A stretch of DNA of 64,000 nucleotides from Methanobacteriota archaeon (lineage in GTDB: Archaea > Halobacteriota > Bog-38 > Methanoflorentales > Methanoflorentaceae), in NCBI GenBank assembly GCA_963720465.1, contig OY970393.1, positions 832,001 to 896,000 of the forward strand, in the 5' to 3' direction. Each line of letters begins with the position of its first letter. The first letter of the stretch is position 1. Below the pieces are notes generated by a model. The model did not search any database, had not been told where the DNA came from, and worked only from the letters and a program-made list of their open reading frames with translations. This document shows positions 1 through 10,168 of this stretch, piece after piece. The position numbers and the translations under genes are program-made.

Positions 1-10
1 ATCTATACAT
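1..10 (-). CDS. 5' end of a gene running off the left edge
   Basis: Minus-strand ATG at 10-8 preceded by a GGGAGGTG RBS (plus strand cacctccc, 15-22); product not identifiable. Confidence 0.45.
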
Positions 11-170
11 GTTTCACCTCCCTTTTTGTTGTCAGAGACTATATGTTTCAATCATATAAGGTCTTATGCAGCGTGGCTTGAGCCGCACGACGTATGATCA
101 TCGCATATTGGCCACGCCAAACAGTATACGTCGACCAAAAGCGGCGACTGTCGGCTCAGGTAACAACAAC

Positions 171-1328
171 TCAACGTTTGAGGAGCCTTCTCACAACCGG
201 AGTGGATACGGTAATAGCACCCTCCGGACATAGTTCCTGACAGCAATAGCAGCGTATGCATTTGCCGTAATTTATCGTCGGCCCTGCGGCTTTTGCAAAC
301 GTTATTGCTTTCGGCGGGCAGTCCTTGAAGCATTCTCCGCACCGTATACATTTGGAGGCGTTGACGACGGGTTTTACAGCTATGAACCTCTTCAAGCTGT
401 TGACGAGAAACGGCGGTGCTCTCGAGAGTGACGTGGTTAACGTTTTATTAAAATCACCCATAATGAGCGGCTCAATCTGCTCTCCAAACAGTTCGATGTC
501 TTGTAAGCGTGCCGGCCCGACGCTTCGCTCATGTGCCAATTTCACCGTCGGGACCGACATAGGATCGAAGCCTGCGATTGTTACCGCCGCATAGTCGAGC
601 GCCGTACAGCTCTTGCTCGCAAGGACTAACCCGATTTTGCGCGGATCCCCGTTAGAGGGGCCATCGCCCTCCATACCCACGATCGCATCCATAATCGTGA
701 GAGCTGGGGGGTACGTTTGGTGTAAGTCAAGCAGCAGATCAGCAAACAGGTTTAAGTCCCGGGCGGTGTGCAGATGAAACTCGGTCTTGAACATTCCCGG
801 TATATAGCCATACAGGAGCTTGACGGCCCCGGTGTAGTACGTAAGGTTGTGCGTCTTAAGCTTCGGGAGACCGATTATCACGTCTGCTTCGGTAACTGCT
901 TTAGCCAGCGTGAGTTTCTTAAACGTCTTTGCTGTGTCTGAGGCAACCTCCACTGTGGCCTCGTCAAATCGGACCCATTCGCAGCCGGTGTCCTCAACCA
1001 CCTGCCGAATTCCCGTCTTCTCGAGCAGCTTCTTATACGACGCACGGGTGCTTCCGCCGCCGGGAGAATCCCCGACCACCGGCGTGGCTCCCAGCTCTTG
1101 GACTAGCTTAATCGTCGCCCTTACTATTGCAGGGTGCGTGGTCACAGCAGCTTCAGGTGGTTTCGCCGACAACAGATTCAGCTTGATCAGCACGCGATCG
1201 GTCGCCTTGACGACCGACTCGAGCCCCCCTAAAGGCGCGAGGCTGGCTTCGACCGCCTTGCTGACCCTCTGATCATCGTAAGAGTCGCATCTGTGGATCG
1301 ATACTTTGTATGGCATGCTGACGCTCAT
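171..1328 (-). CDS. DUF362 protein with C-terminal 2x[4Fe-4S] ferredoxin domain
   Basis: VLIKLNLL, TTHP, GDSPG, LPKLKTH, TGAVKLLYG, GMEGDGP motifs; CxxCxxC...CP twice at the C-terminus; start may be MPYKV. Confidence 0.9.
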   Translation of the reverse strand: MSVSMPYKVSIHRCDSYDDQRVSKAVEASLAPLGGLESVVKATDRVLIKLNLLSAKPPEAAVTTHPAIVRATIKLVQELGATPVVGDSPGGGSTRASYKKLLEKTGIRQVVEDTGCEWVRFDEATVEVASDTAKTFKKLTLAKAVTEADVIIGLPKLKTHNLTYYTGAVKLLYGYIPGMFKTEFHLHTARDLNLFADLLLDLHQTYPPALTIMDAIVGMEGDGPSNGDPRKIGLVLASKSCTALDYAAVTIAGFDPMSVPTVKLAHERSVGPARLQDIELFGEQIEPLIMGDFNKTLTTSLSRAPPFLVNSLKRFIAVKPVVNASKCIRCGECFKDCPPKAITFAKAAGPTINYGKCIRCYCCQELCPEGAITVSTPVVRRLLKR

Positions 1329-1425
1329 TTGTTTGTGTGTCGAGACTCAAATAGATTCTCTCCAGCCCACCAAGGCCCTAAGCAAACGTTTTATTCAAAG
1401 ACGTCGACGTACTGTGTCGAGACAG

Positions 1426-1818
1426 ATGCTTCGAGCCAAAAAGAAAACCAGCGTCAACACGTGCGTAATCGTCGGCGACAGCTTATCGCAGGCGGATACC
1501 ACGCACGAGGAGGAGATAACGAAGGCGGCTCAGCTCGAGAGAGACGATCTCAAGAAGCTCCAAGAGATGAGCAAGCTCCAGCTGGCAATACTAACAGAGC
1601 TGATGCCGGTCAGCCCTCGTGCGATACACTCAGAGGTCTTGCTTGAGGTCTTAACTCCTTTCTTAAAGGCGCAACGCAAGAAAGACCGGAGGCGCGAATT
1701 CGAAGCCGCGGTCGCTCCTCTAGTACAAGAAGGATTCGTAAGATATTTCTGTTGTTTCATCGACAGCTACGCCATTAATCCACAGCGCACAAGCATTGCC
1801 CCCCACTTGACGGTATAG
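1426..1818 (+). CDS. hypothetical protein (possible winged helix)
   Basis: ORF 1306..1818; ATG at 1426 avoids overlap with the divergent gene; ends ...AVAPLVQEGFVRY, reminiscent of wHTH. Confidence 0.4.
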   Translation: MLRAKKKTSVNTCVIVGDSLSQADTTHEEEITKAAQLERDDLKKLQEMSKLQLAILTELMPVSPRAIHSEVLLEVLTPFLKAQRKKDRRREFEAAVAPLVQEGFVRYFCCFIDSYAINPQRTSIAPHLTV

Positions 1819-2149
1819 CCACGAATTACTCGCCCCAGCAATCAACATAGCACGAGAGACTGTAAACTCAAATCGAACGCTGTCACGCAGCGCGGCAGGA
1901 CGTGGCGAGCGAGCTGCTAAACTATCTAAAACGGCGCAAGATCTTGTAGGGAAAGTGAAGCGATGTGTCTCGACGAATTCAGCAAATCGCACGTAGCGAC
2001 GCGCGAAACGACGGACGCCTGGTTTTTCTGTGACTGGTCAAACGCACGAGTTCAATCCAGAGCTTTTGGACGACCGTATTGCAGACAAATGGCGCACCTG
2101 AGAAGGATGCATAAGGACGTCCCGTGGCCAGGCGATAGTGGCGTGCATA

Positions 2150-2620
2150 ATGATTAACAAGGAACGCTGCTTTACTGTAAAGGAGGCTGCCAAACTCCTG
2201 GGCGTTTCGACTGCGACCGTAAAGCGTCGGATCAAGAGCAAAGAGCTTATCACCGAGGAACGTATCGGTCGCCGCGGGCTTGAACTTGTTATACCGCAGC
2301 GGGCATTAAACTTAGAGATCATGAGCTTCGTTCCTACCATAAACCAGCTTACTCTTTCTGATTTTGAAGCTATCGTGGTCAAGCGTTTTGAGGCGATGGC
2401 CGCAGGAAGCGACCAACGTGTCTCCAAGGCGCTCAAAGAGTTGCGCAAAGAGTATGCGCAACTTACGGCCGAACTCAATGGCTTCCAAACGGTTTTTAGC
2501 GAAGCTGCCGCGTTGCCGGCTGCAGAACGCAAAGCAGATTCGTCTGAAGCAGGACCGGAGAGTAACACAATCATCGCCGCCCCACCGCGCTCGGCGCGCT
2601 TTCCGATTCTCAGAAAATGA
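2150..2620 (+). CDS. excisionase/MerR-like HTH protein with coiled-coil tail
   Basis: FTVKEAAKLLGVSTATVKRRIKSKEL is a typical HTH_17 signature. Confidence 0.75.
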   Translation: MINKERCFTVKEAAKLLGVSTATVKRRIKSKELITEERIGRRGLELVIPQRALNLEIMSFVPTINQLTLSDFEAIVVKRFEAMAAGSDQRVSKALKELRKEYAQLTAELNGFQTVFSEAAALPAAERKADSSEAGPESNTIIAAPPRSARFPILRK

Positions 2621-3054
2621 ATGAAGCCGGTCATGGGGTTGCATAAACTGCCGCTCAACTCACGGATCTGTGTTCACGATCTACGCTGTGGTGTTGTCCC
2701 ACGGCGGCTTCTGCGAGCAACTTCGTCGCCACGTGCGTAACCAGTTCTGGCGCTGGCAGCGCATTCGGTGCGGCGGTATTCGGCGCGTTCATTTGCCCTC
2801 TCGTGACATCGTCCACAGACACGACATAGATCGGCTACTATTAGGCTTCGCGGGCGGGTTCGGGTCTATCACTATCGCACGGAAGAAGCCAAGATCAACC
2901 GAAAGGTGGTCTTCGATATTTGGTCCAACGGACCTTGTTTTAGGGTGAACAAGGTAAAAAAAGCGCGCTACTAAGTCTGCTTCAGATTCCTGTATCTCCA
3001 TAACGTCTGCTAACGTCGACCGCACGATTTCAACGTTGCGAGGTGACGGGCTGA

Positions 3055-3225
3055 CTAGAACTGTATTGAACCATCCTTGACGATAAGCAGGTGCTGCATG
3101 CAGCTTTGGCAGAAAACGTGTACGTGCCCGTCAGTAAATATAGATCTGCTCGCTGTGTCCGCGCTTAATGCAGTGCCGCACTTCTCACAAGACAGTTCAA
3201 TATCATCGCTTTTGTTCATGTTCAT
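3055..3225 (-). CDS. small zinc-ribbon protein (56 aa), not in ORF track
   Basis: Hand translation MNMNKSDDIELSCEKCGTALSADTASRSIFTDGHVHVFCQSCMQHLLIVKDGSIQF*; two CxxC pairs. Confidence 0.6.
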   Translation of the reverse strand: MNMNKSDDIELSCEKCGTALSADTASRSIFTDGHVHVFCQSCMQHLLIVKDGSIQF

Positions 3226-3479
3226 AAACCACACGATGCACTAATATTTTTTCCAGTAGTCTAGATTATGGCGATTCTCGAACATCGATATGCTTCCGGC
3301 ACGGATAAGCCTTGTTAACTCGTTGCTGGGTGCAATGACTGTTGAGAACTCACGTGAGCCACCCATATATCACCCGCTCAGACGCCGCTGCGCGTGACTT
3401 GAGCGACAGCGCGATGAATGCTCACCAGTTTTGCCGCCATCTAAATCACGGTCTAACGATAATCTATGCAAAGGATTCG

Positions 3480-4007
3480 TCACCCAACAAAGTCACTCGC
3501 CGCGAACAGGGCATCAAACAGATAACCGCTCGACTCTATCCGCTCTTTCGCGCCGCTCTCGCGATCCAAAATGCACATCACTTTTGCAATCGTGCAGCCA
3601 AGCTGCTCAATTGCAGCTATTCCCGATAGCACTGATTCCCCGCTTGTCGTAACGTCCTCAACGAACCCAACGACATCCCCGTGCAGTATACATCCCTCTG
3701 TGCGCTGCATCCGTCCGTGTTTCTTCTCCGCTTTTCTCACAAAAAAAGCGCGCACCGTGCCTGATTTAAGGGCGATTGCTGTAGCGATGGGTATCGCACC
3801 GCTCTCCATTCCCCCTACAGCGTCCACGCTACCCAACCGCTCTAACATGAGTTCGGAAACCAAAGACGCGCCGCGAGGGTGCATCGTGACGCGGCGCAAG
3901 TCGAAGTAAAAATCGCTCAGCTCCCCTGCCGACAATCGGTAGGGGCCGTCAGAGAAGAAGGCGTATTTCTTAACTAGATCCTTTAAATCTTCGTACGCTT
4001 TTTGCAC
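3480..4007 (-). CDS. pyrE: orotate phosphoribosyltransferase
   Basis: LSAG..SDFYFDLR, FVRKAEKKHG, VEDVTTSGES PRPP motif; GGAGGT RBS upstream. Confidence 0.93.
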   Translation of the reverse strand: MQKAYEDLKDLVKKYAFFSDGPYRLSAGELSDFYFDLRRVTMHPRGASLVSELMLERLGSVDAVGGMESGAIPIATAIALKSGTVRAFFVRKAEKKHGRMQRTEGCILHGDVVGFVEDVTTSGESVLSGIAAIEQLGCTIAKVMCILDRESGAKERIESSGYLFDALFAASDFVG

Positions 4008-4169
4008 GATTACCTCCTGTCAGGCGTCGCTGCCGAAAGCTCTGCAAGCCGTGGATTTGGCTTTTTAGCTCATAAGCATATAGGTATCCTCCCTTCCACA
4101 GAGTAAAAAAAGCAGCACGCCACAACCACGGATACTTATAATAGCGCTTGAGTCAAACTAGAGGCGGGA

Positions 4170-6578
4170 ATGCGAGACTACGTTGACCATAAACTAATCG
4201 TCCATAATTCGGTGGAGGCCCGAGCATATCAACTCGCGCTTGCCGAATCTGCCGCGCGCGCCTCTACTATGATTGTGCTGCCGACGGGGCTTGGCAAAAC
4301 CATCGTAGCGCTGCTCGTCATCGCTAAACGCCTCGAAAACGATGGGCGGGTTCTATTTCTGGCACCAACAAAGCCCCTTGTCGAGCAGCACGCTGCGTTC
4401 TTGCGTTCACACCTACTCGCAGAGACGACCATCTTCACAGGGGAGATTCTTCCCGATAAGCGAAGAGAACTATGGAAGCAGAAACAGCAAGCGATCGTTT
4501 CGACGCCTCAAGTCATTGAAAACGATCTCAAAAAGGCGAGGATCGATCTTTCTGAAGTGAAACTCATCATCTTTGACGAGGCACACCGCGCGGTGGGCAA
4601 CTATGCGTATCGCTTTATCGCCAGCAAGTATGTCAAGCAGGCACCAGATCCCCTTATTCTTGGGATGACCGCCTCTCCTGGCGGCACCGTTGAGAAAATC
4701 CACGAAGTGAGCGAGAGCCTGTTCATTGATAATATCGAGATCCGCACCGAGTCTGATCCTGATGTATATCCGTACACGCACGAGAAGAATGTAGAGACGC
4801 ATAAACTGTCATTGCCGGCCCAGATGGAGACCATTCAGCGGAATCTCAAGCAAGCAGCGACGCAGCGGCTGCGCCAGCTTATGAAGTTGAAAGTCGTGTT
4901 CAGCGAATGGGTCTCCACGTCCGAATTGATCAAAATACAGCACAAAGTCGCCACCGATAGGAACTACAGAGCGATGTCTCTGGTTGCTGAGGTGATCAAG
5001 TTACGGCACGCTATTGGATTGATTGAGACACAGGGCATCGTGCCGACGCGCAAGTACTTTGAGCGGCTGAACAGAGAAGCGCAGTCAAAAAAGGGCAGCA
5101 AAGCAGCGCGAAGCCTCGTCGCCGATGATCACGTAAAGGCGGCTATGACGCTTTCAAACCGTCTGGACGAAATGCATCCAAAGCTTGACGCCTTGAAAGA
5201 CGTCGTCGCGCAGCAACTGGCGCGCAAACCCGATTCACGAATCATCGTTTTCACGAACTACCGCGATACCGCCGAAGTCGTCAGAAATACGCTCAACGCG
5301 ATCCGGGACATCCGGGCAGAGAAATTCGTCGGCCAAGCAAAGAAGGACGGGCAAAAAGGCCTCTCGCAGAGGGAACAGGTGCAGCTCGTAACAGACTTCG
5401 TAAATGGGACATACAACGTCCTCGTCGCTACAAGCGTTGCAGAGGAGGGCTTGGACATTCCTGCTACTGACATGGTTGTATTCTACGAGCCTATTCCTTC
5501 TGCAATTCGCAGCATCCAGCGAGAGGGCCGCACGGGAAGAAGACGAGCCGGTCGTATAGTAGTTTTGGTGACCAAAGGTACGCGGGACGAGACGTACAGC
5601 TTTTCGAGCACCCGAAAAAAGCGCGTGATGAGTGCCGAAATGAAGCGTATGAGCGCCAAGCAGGCTCAGGTCGCGGAGCTCGTTCAAATTGATGCCGAAA
5701 GCGGGCGCGGACAATCAGCTCGTCGAACGCCTCTGCGTGACGCAGACGATCTCGCATCAACGCACGCACGATTGGAGACCCAATGCAGCTTCCACGCGGA
5801 AGATGATGTTCGAGGCACTCAAAATCAAGGACGAGATCCAGACACGGTAAACAGCCTGGCGGGCACTCTCTCTGAAGAGCAACAAAAGACGCTGCTGGAC
5901 TTTGATTCCCACGAAAAAAAGATAGACACAAGTGCTATACGGATTGTCGCCGACCATCGAGAAGCTCGATCAGGGGTCATAGAAGAGCTTCAAGCGCTTG
6001 GGGCTATCGTTGACTGTCGTGCGCTTCCTGTCGCCGACTACATTCTGAGTGACCGAGTCGCTGTAGAGCGGAAAACTGACCGTGACTTCGCTGCATCGCT
6101 GACGGGCCGTGATCTTCTAACTCGAATCCAAGAGCTCGCTACAAACTACGAACGCCCCCTCATCGTCATCGAAGGACCTGACCTCTTCACGCGGACAGAC
6201 GTGCACCCTAATGCGATCCGTGGCATGCTAGCTGCTATCACTGTGGATCTGGGGGTGCCGATAATATGCTCGCGCGACGCCGCCGAAACGGCCCTGCAAC
6301 TTTTTGTGATCACAGAACGAGAACAGCTGGACAAAAAGCGAACCCCTCGAGTGCACGGAAAGAAGATCCTAAAGACGTTTCAAGAGCAGCAAGAATATGT
6401 ACTCGCCGCAATTCCCTCGATAGGGCCAACTACTGCCCGCGCCCTTTTGGAACATTTCGGCTCCGTTGAAACCATTTTTTGCGCGGAGACTCAAGAGCTC
6501 ACGAAGGTGCGAGGCGTCGGCAAACAGACCGCACAGACGATTCGCAAACTCGCATCGGCATATTACGAGACCAGCTAG
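4170..6578 (+). CDS. hef: Hef helicase/nuclease (SF2 DEAH helicase + ERCC4 nuclease + HhH)
   Basis: LPTGLGKT, DEAH, GMTASPG, QREGRTGR; C-terminal VAVERKT..DF ERCC4 motif and HhH2. Confidence 0.95.
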   Translation: MRDYVDHKLIVHNSVEARAYQLALAESAARASTMIVLPTGLGKTIVALLVIAKRLENDGRVLFLAPTKPLVEQHAAFLRSHLLAETTIFTGEILPDKRRELWKQKQQAIVSTPQVIENDLKKARIDLSEVKLIIFDEAHRAVGNYAYRFIASKYVKQAPDPLILGMTASPGGTVEKIHEVSESLFIDNIEIRTESDPDVYPYTHEKNVETHKLSLPAQMETIQRNLKQAATQRLRQLMKLKVVFSEWVSTSELIKIQHKVATDRNYRAMSLVAEVIKLRHAIGLIETQGIVPTRKYFERLNREAQSKKGSKAARSLVADDHVKAAMTLSNRLDEMHPKLDALKDVVAQQLARKPDSRIIVFTNYRDTAEVVRNTLNAIRDIRAEKFVGQAKKDGQKGLSQREQVQLVTDFVNGTYNVLVATSVAEEGLDIPATDMVVFYEPIPSAIRSIQREGRTGRRRAGRIVVLVTKGTRDETYSFSSTRKKRVMSAEMKRMSAKQAQVAELVQIDAESGRGQSARRTPLRDADDLASTHARLETQCSFHAEDDVRGTQNQGRDPDTVNSLAGTLSEEQQKTLLDFDSHEKKIDTSAIRIVADHREARSGVIEELQALGAIVDCRALPVADYILSDRVAVERKTDRDFAASLTGRDLLTRIQELATNYERPLIVIEGPDLFTRTDVHPNAIRGMLAAITVDLGVPIICSRDAAETALQLFVITEREQLDKKRTPRVHGKKILKTFQEQQEYVLAAIPSIGPTTARALLEHFGSVETIFCAETQELTKVRGVGKQTAQTIRKLASAYYETS

Positions 6579-6964
6579 GTTCTCGTTCAGAGCTCGGGTC
6601 GCACCGTCCAATAGCGCATATTCTTTTTGCGTCGCAACCGAAAAAAAAATGCGTGCGGAGGCTTCTCTCGTCTGATGCGACGATCCATCTCAGTTCTCTT
6701 GACTCAAGGACGTGGGATGCACAGCCGCGCAAAATCGATCAACAGCAAAGGCGTCGAATGCAAAGCGAGCGCACTATGCGCGCGTTGAATCCGCTCGATC
6801 GTTTCAGTGAAACGCTTCGGATCCGGCCGCTAAGCAACGCGCGTCCGACGCTCGGCAACCGGTGCCGAAACGCGGCACTGCTCCATCGATTACTTTATCC
6901 CGTCCACCAGCACAGCTCAGTCGACCTAACATTGCGGCTAGTAGAATCAATAAACAAGATCGGT

Positions 6965-7594
6965 CTAGAAGGCTTCCGTCTCCCCTACCGAAAGCACGGT
7001 GACCCGATGACCTGCTTTTTCCGCTAGTTGCTTGAATCGCTGCGGATCTGCTTTGATCTGACTGAAGGTGTTGAAGTGCATCGGAATAGCGACATCGGGC
7101 TTAATGATGTCGAGAGCTTCAAGTGCCTCTTCTACGTCCATCGTGAAAAAGCCGCCTATTGGAATGAATAGCACGGCGACGTTCTCCAAAGGTTGAACGC
7201 CATCCAAATAGGTGTCGCCGAGATGTGCGAATCGAACGCCCCCAAGTTCAAAGACGTAGCCGGTTGGATACTTGCTCTGATGATGGCTCGCAGCGACCAT
7301 GGACACGCGAACCCCTTCAACAAGCCTAGTTTGCCCGCGTTCCATCACAACCGCCTTACGGAATCTTCCTGCCATAGTTGGCGGCACGACTACCGTCGCG
7401 CTAAACCTCTCGGCGGTCGTGTGGTCAAAGTGCTCGTGCGTGATAAGCACGATATCGGGTTTTCCGGCGTAACTAGGCGCGTATGGGTTTTCTTTGCTAA
7501 AAAATGGATCAATCAAGAGAGTGTGATCGACGTCTTGCACCTCGAAACACGAGTGGCTCAGGTACGTCACGCGAACAGAGAGAGCTTCTTCCAT
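6965..7594 (-). CDS. metallo-beta-lactamase-fold hydrolase (UPF0173)
   Basis: LIDPF, THEHFDH, HLGDT, IPIGG, IPMHFNTF. Confidence 0.9.
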   Translation of the reverse strand: MEEALSVRVTYLSHSCFEVQDVDHTLLIDPFFSKENPYAPSYAGKPDIVLITHEHFDHTTAERFSATVVVPPTMAGRFRKAVVMERGQTRLVEGVRVSMVAASHHQSKYPTGYVFELGGVRFAHLGDTYLDGVQPLENVAVLFIPIGGFFTMDVEEALEALDIIKPDVAIPMHFNTFSQIKADPQRFKQLAEKAGHRVTVLSVGETEAF

Positions 7595-7660
7595 ACAAGT
7601 ACGTCAAGCAGAGAGAATATAATACTTTGGCGTCACAAGTAGGGCGTCCCGAGCCCGACC

Positions 7661-7725
7661 TTGCAGTGAACCCCCCCTCCTCATGCGGCAAAGGCAAGCA
7701 CCTCAGGGAGGTTAAACGAATGCAA
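7661..7725 (-). other. long intergenic hairpin with K-turn-like tandem GA motif
   Basis: UUGCA/UGCAA lower stem, AACCUCCCU/GGGGGGGUU upper stem, CUGA opposite AUGAGGA. Confidence 0.3.
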
Positions 7726-7745
7726 CACGGAACGCTCGACGCAAA

Positions 7746-8540
7746 TTACCGCTTCGAGAACAGTTGGTCGGCCCTCATTCGAAGAACGTGTTGCGCATCT
7801 GAGTCAGATACGTCGAACACACGGTAACTAACTGACCGTGTAGCGGTCCAGATGCGAATATCCGGATCTTCGGAAAACGTGAGCCTGGCATTGCCCATTG
7901 TAGCCCTTGACACGCCAACGAGACCGTCAGCCAAGTGAGGATTCACGCTGCGCGGAAGCCGGAGACGGATATCGCGCACGCTTGCTTCAAGCGCCTGCGC
8001 AGCATCGTACGCGATCTTCGCTGAAACTGCTATCGCTGCGCATTTCTCCCCGTGAAAATTGAACCCTTCTCGGAAAAGTTCCGCGAGCACGTCCCCCTCT
8101 TCCATGTGTTGCGTGATATACGCAGAGTGCGTGTCTCTTGCCCAAAAAATCGCGTCCCATCCGGCTGAATACGGCTTTATGTCCACGACCGGCGATCCGT
8201 CGATAAGATCAAGCGGTTCGACGTAAAGGAGGGGACCGTCTACCTTTACTAGATGTGTGGCAGTGAGTGACAGTGGATTTGGCCGTGCAGGCGAGCGTAG
8301 AGAAAAAACGCCGCGTTTTTCGAGCTGAGGGTTTATTTTTCGCGGCCTTACCATCAGTGGCGCTCGATCAGCCTTGTCAAACCAGCCGATGACATTTATG
8401 TGTGTATCGCTCTCTATGCCTGTCAGCCCCTCCATAAACTCATCAAACACTTTGATGACTGCCGGAACGCCCTGCAGCGGCATATCGCGTGATTGCATCA
8501 CTGGCGACTGCACCGTGCCAATGGCCTTTAGGTCGTACAT
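7746..8540 (-). CDS. TrmO/TsaA (UPF0066) tRNA methyltransferase domain fused to an FmdE-like domain
   Basis: GVFSLRSPARPNPL, LDLIDGSPVVDIKPY (TrmO); C-terminal FHGEKCAAIAVS...ADGL..VS..T.GN resembles FmdE FHGH.CPG. Confidence 0.8.
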   Translation of the reverse strand: MYDLKAIGTVQSPVMQSRDMPLQGVPAVIKVFDEFMEGLTGIESDTHINVIGWFDKADRAPLMVRPRKINPQLEKRGVFSLRSPARPNPLSLTATHLVKVDGPLLYVEPLDLIDGSPVVDIKPYSAGWDAIFWARDTHSAYITQHMEEGDVLAELFREGFNFHGEKCAAIAVSAKIAYDAAQALEASVRDIRLRLPRSVNPHLADGLVGVSRATMGNARLTFSEDPDIRIWTATRSVSYRVFDVSDSDAQHVLRMRADQLFSKR

Positions 8541-8622
8541 AACACCCCCCTCACTTCGTTAAGGCAGTTCTGGTCGGCGAGCCACCGGCGGCTACGTGAT
8601 CTTACTGGCAAGCGGAAGCACG

Positions 8623-9156
8623 TTACTTTGGAAAGTACTTTGCGATATCTCGATCGACCGCTTCAGTAATGCCTGCGTAGCGGTCAATGAGCTCTGTCAG
8701 CTCTTTGACTTTTGACTCGTATCCTTCTTTTTCTTTTAAGAGGCTCTTTTGGTGCCGATCTCGAGCGTAGGCAATGTGTAAGAAGGCAGTTTGTTGGTCA
8801 AGAGACAATGCAGCGCGATACTCCCGCGTGGCAACATCAATATTGCCCTGTTGCTCATAGACAACGCCTAAGCCGCTGTGTGCAATAACATCGTCAGGAG
8901 CAGCTTTTAGCGCTTTTCGGTAACAATCTATCGCGCTTTCGAGCTCTCCTGACTCGTCGAGTGCAGCCCCAAGTCCGGTCAATGCCGTAGGATCGCTCGG
9001 GTCTAGTTTAAGCGCTTCGCGATACATCTGAATCGCCGCGCCTATGTCGTCGCTGTTCAAGCGGTCAATCGCTTGCGCTATGTAATTGTCGACTGAAGCC
9101 ATGAGCGAGAAGTGCTCTGCTGACTTATAAAGCCCTTTCGTATGCGCCTGAGTCAA
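8623..9156 (-). CDS. tetratricopeptide repeat protein
   Basis: Three TPR units (AIQMYREALKLDP, AIDCYRKALKAAP, ATREYRAALSLD). Confidence 0.85.
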   Translation of the reverse strand: MTQAHTKGLYKSAEHFSLMASVDNYIAQAIDRLNSDDIGAAIQMYREALKLDPSDPTALTGLGAALDESGELESAIDCYRKALKAAPDDVIAHSGLGVVYEQQGNIDVATREYRAALSLDQQTAFLHIAYARDRHQKSLLKEKEGYESKVKELTELIDRYAGITEAVDRDIAKYFPK

Positions 9157-9171
9157 CCCCCTCGCGCGATC

Positions 9172-9975
9172 CTAACGGAGCAGTTCCTTAATGTTTTCCG
9201 AAAATACCCGACTCAGAGACGTTTCCGGTAATCCCGCCCGCAGAATCGTCGCTATTTCATCCAGTTGCGAACCGTAAGGTGTATCAGAGCCAAACAACAC
9301 CCTGGTATCCCCAATAACCTGAACGGCTTTGGCAATGCACGAGGCAAGCATAACGCGAGAGGTCTCTAAGTAAACGTTGTCGTTGCTGCACGCGACCTGA
9401 ATGGCTTCTTCGACGCCGGTTGGCGTACAAACTTCGGAGCAACCCATGTGGCCCATAATAATCGAGAGCTCGGGAAAGCTTTGCGCCACTTGAGCAATCA
9501 TAGGTGGAATCGGATCGTATGCGTAGCCAGAATGAAACAGTATCGGTACATGGAGCCCTACACACGCCTCAAGTAGAGGAAGCGTTTGCTCATCGGATGG
9601 ATTGAACAGCTGGCTGCGCGGATGGAGTTTCAACCCTTTCAATCCAAGCTGCTTGACCGCTCGCTGGACCTCGTCGACTGCGAGTGGATGCTGAGGATCG
9701 GTACGGGCAAATCCGATGAATTTTTCAGGGTGAGCTGCGACGACTTTCGCTATGTAATCATTTGCAGTCGAAAACGCTTTCCCAGGCTTAATCTCGTTGA
9801 ACGGGAAGATTATGCACTTTTGAACGTGCGATTGTTCCATCTTACGCAGAAGGGATTGGGGCAGCTGTGTGACTCCCTCTAAGTCCATGCCTATGTGATT
9901 ATGTGCATCGATTATCGCCCCGTTATACAGAAGCCGTGAGCGGTGTGGTGAGCCCATCTTAGAGCGCGTAGCCAT
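9172..9975 (-). CDS. amidohydrolase family 2 protein
   Basis: IIDAHNH, GLKLHP, ILFHSG, MGHMG, LFGSDTPY; start uncertain (ORF track extends to 10134). Confidence 0.88.
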   Translation of the reverse strand: MATRSKMGSPHRSRLLYNGAIIDAHNHIGMDLEGVTQLPQSLLRKMEQSHVQKCIIFPFNEIKPGKAFSTANDYIAKVVAAHPEKFIGFARTDPQHPLAVDEVQRAVKQLGLKGLKLHPRSQLFNPSDEQTLPLLEACVGLHVPILFHSGYAYDPIPPMIAQVAQSFPELSIIMGHMGCSEVCTPTGVEEAIQVACSNDNVYLETSRVMLASCIAKAVQVIGDTRVLFGSDTPYGSQLDEIATILRAGLPETSLSRVFSENIKELLR

Positions 9976-10168
9976 CTGTGCGTGTGCCATCCAATCAAGA
10001 GTCCTATGAAGAGACGCCCTCATAAACCTAGCGTCTTGGGCCGCATAACGGCTCCCGAAGCGCAGGAAAAAAGATATGGAACAATCCAGCGGCCCAAGAT
10101 CGCCGCGAGGGCGGCTTGATGGGGTCACTTTCATGCGAGTAAGTAGTCGACACAGCGCTCGAAGCTGT

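Noticed and set aside
2030-2065. GAGTTCAATCC T-loop-like sequence near the excisionase-like gene (att/tRNA?)
   Set aside because: No cloverleaf or acceptor stem can be drawn
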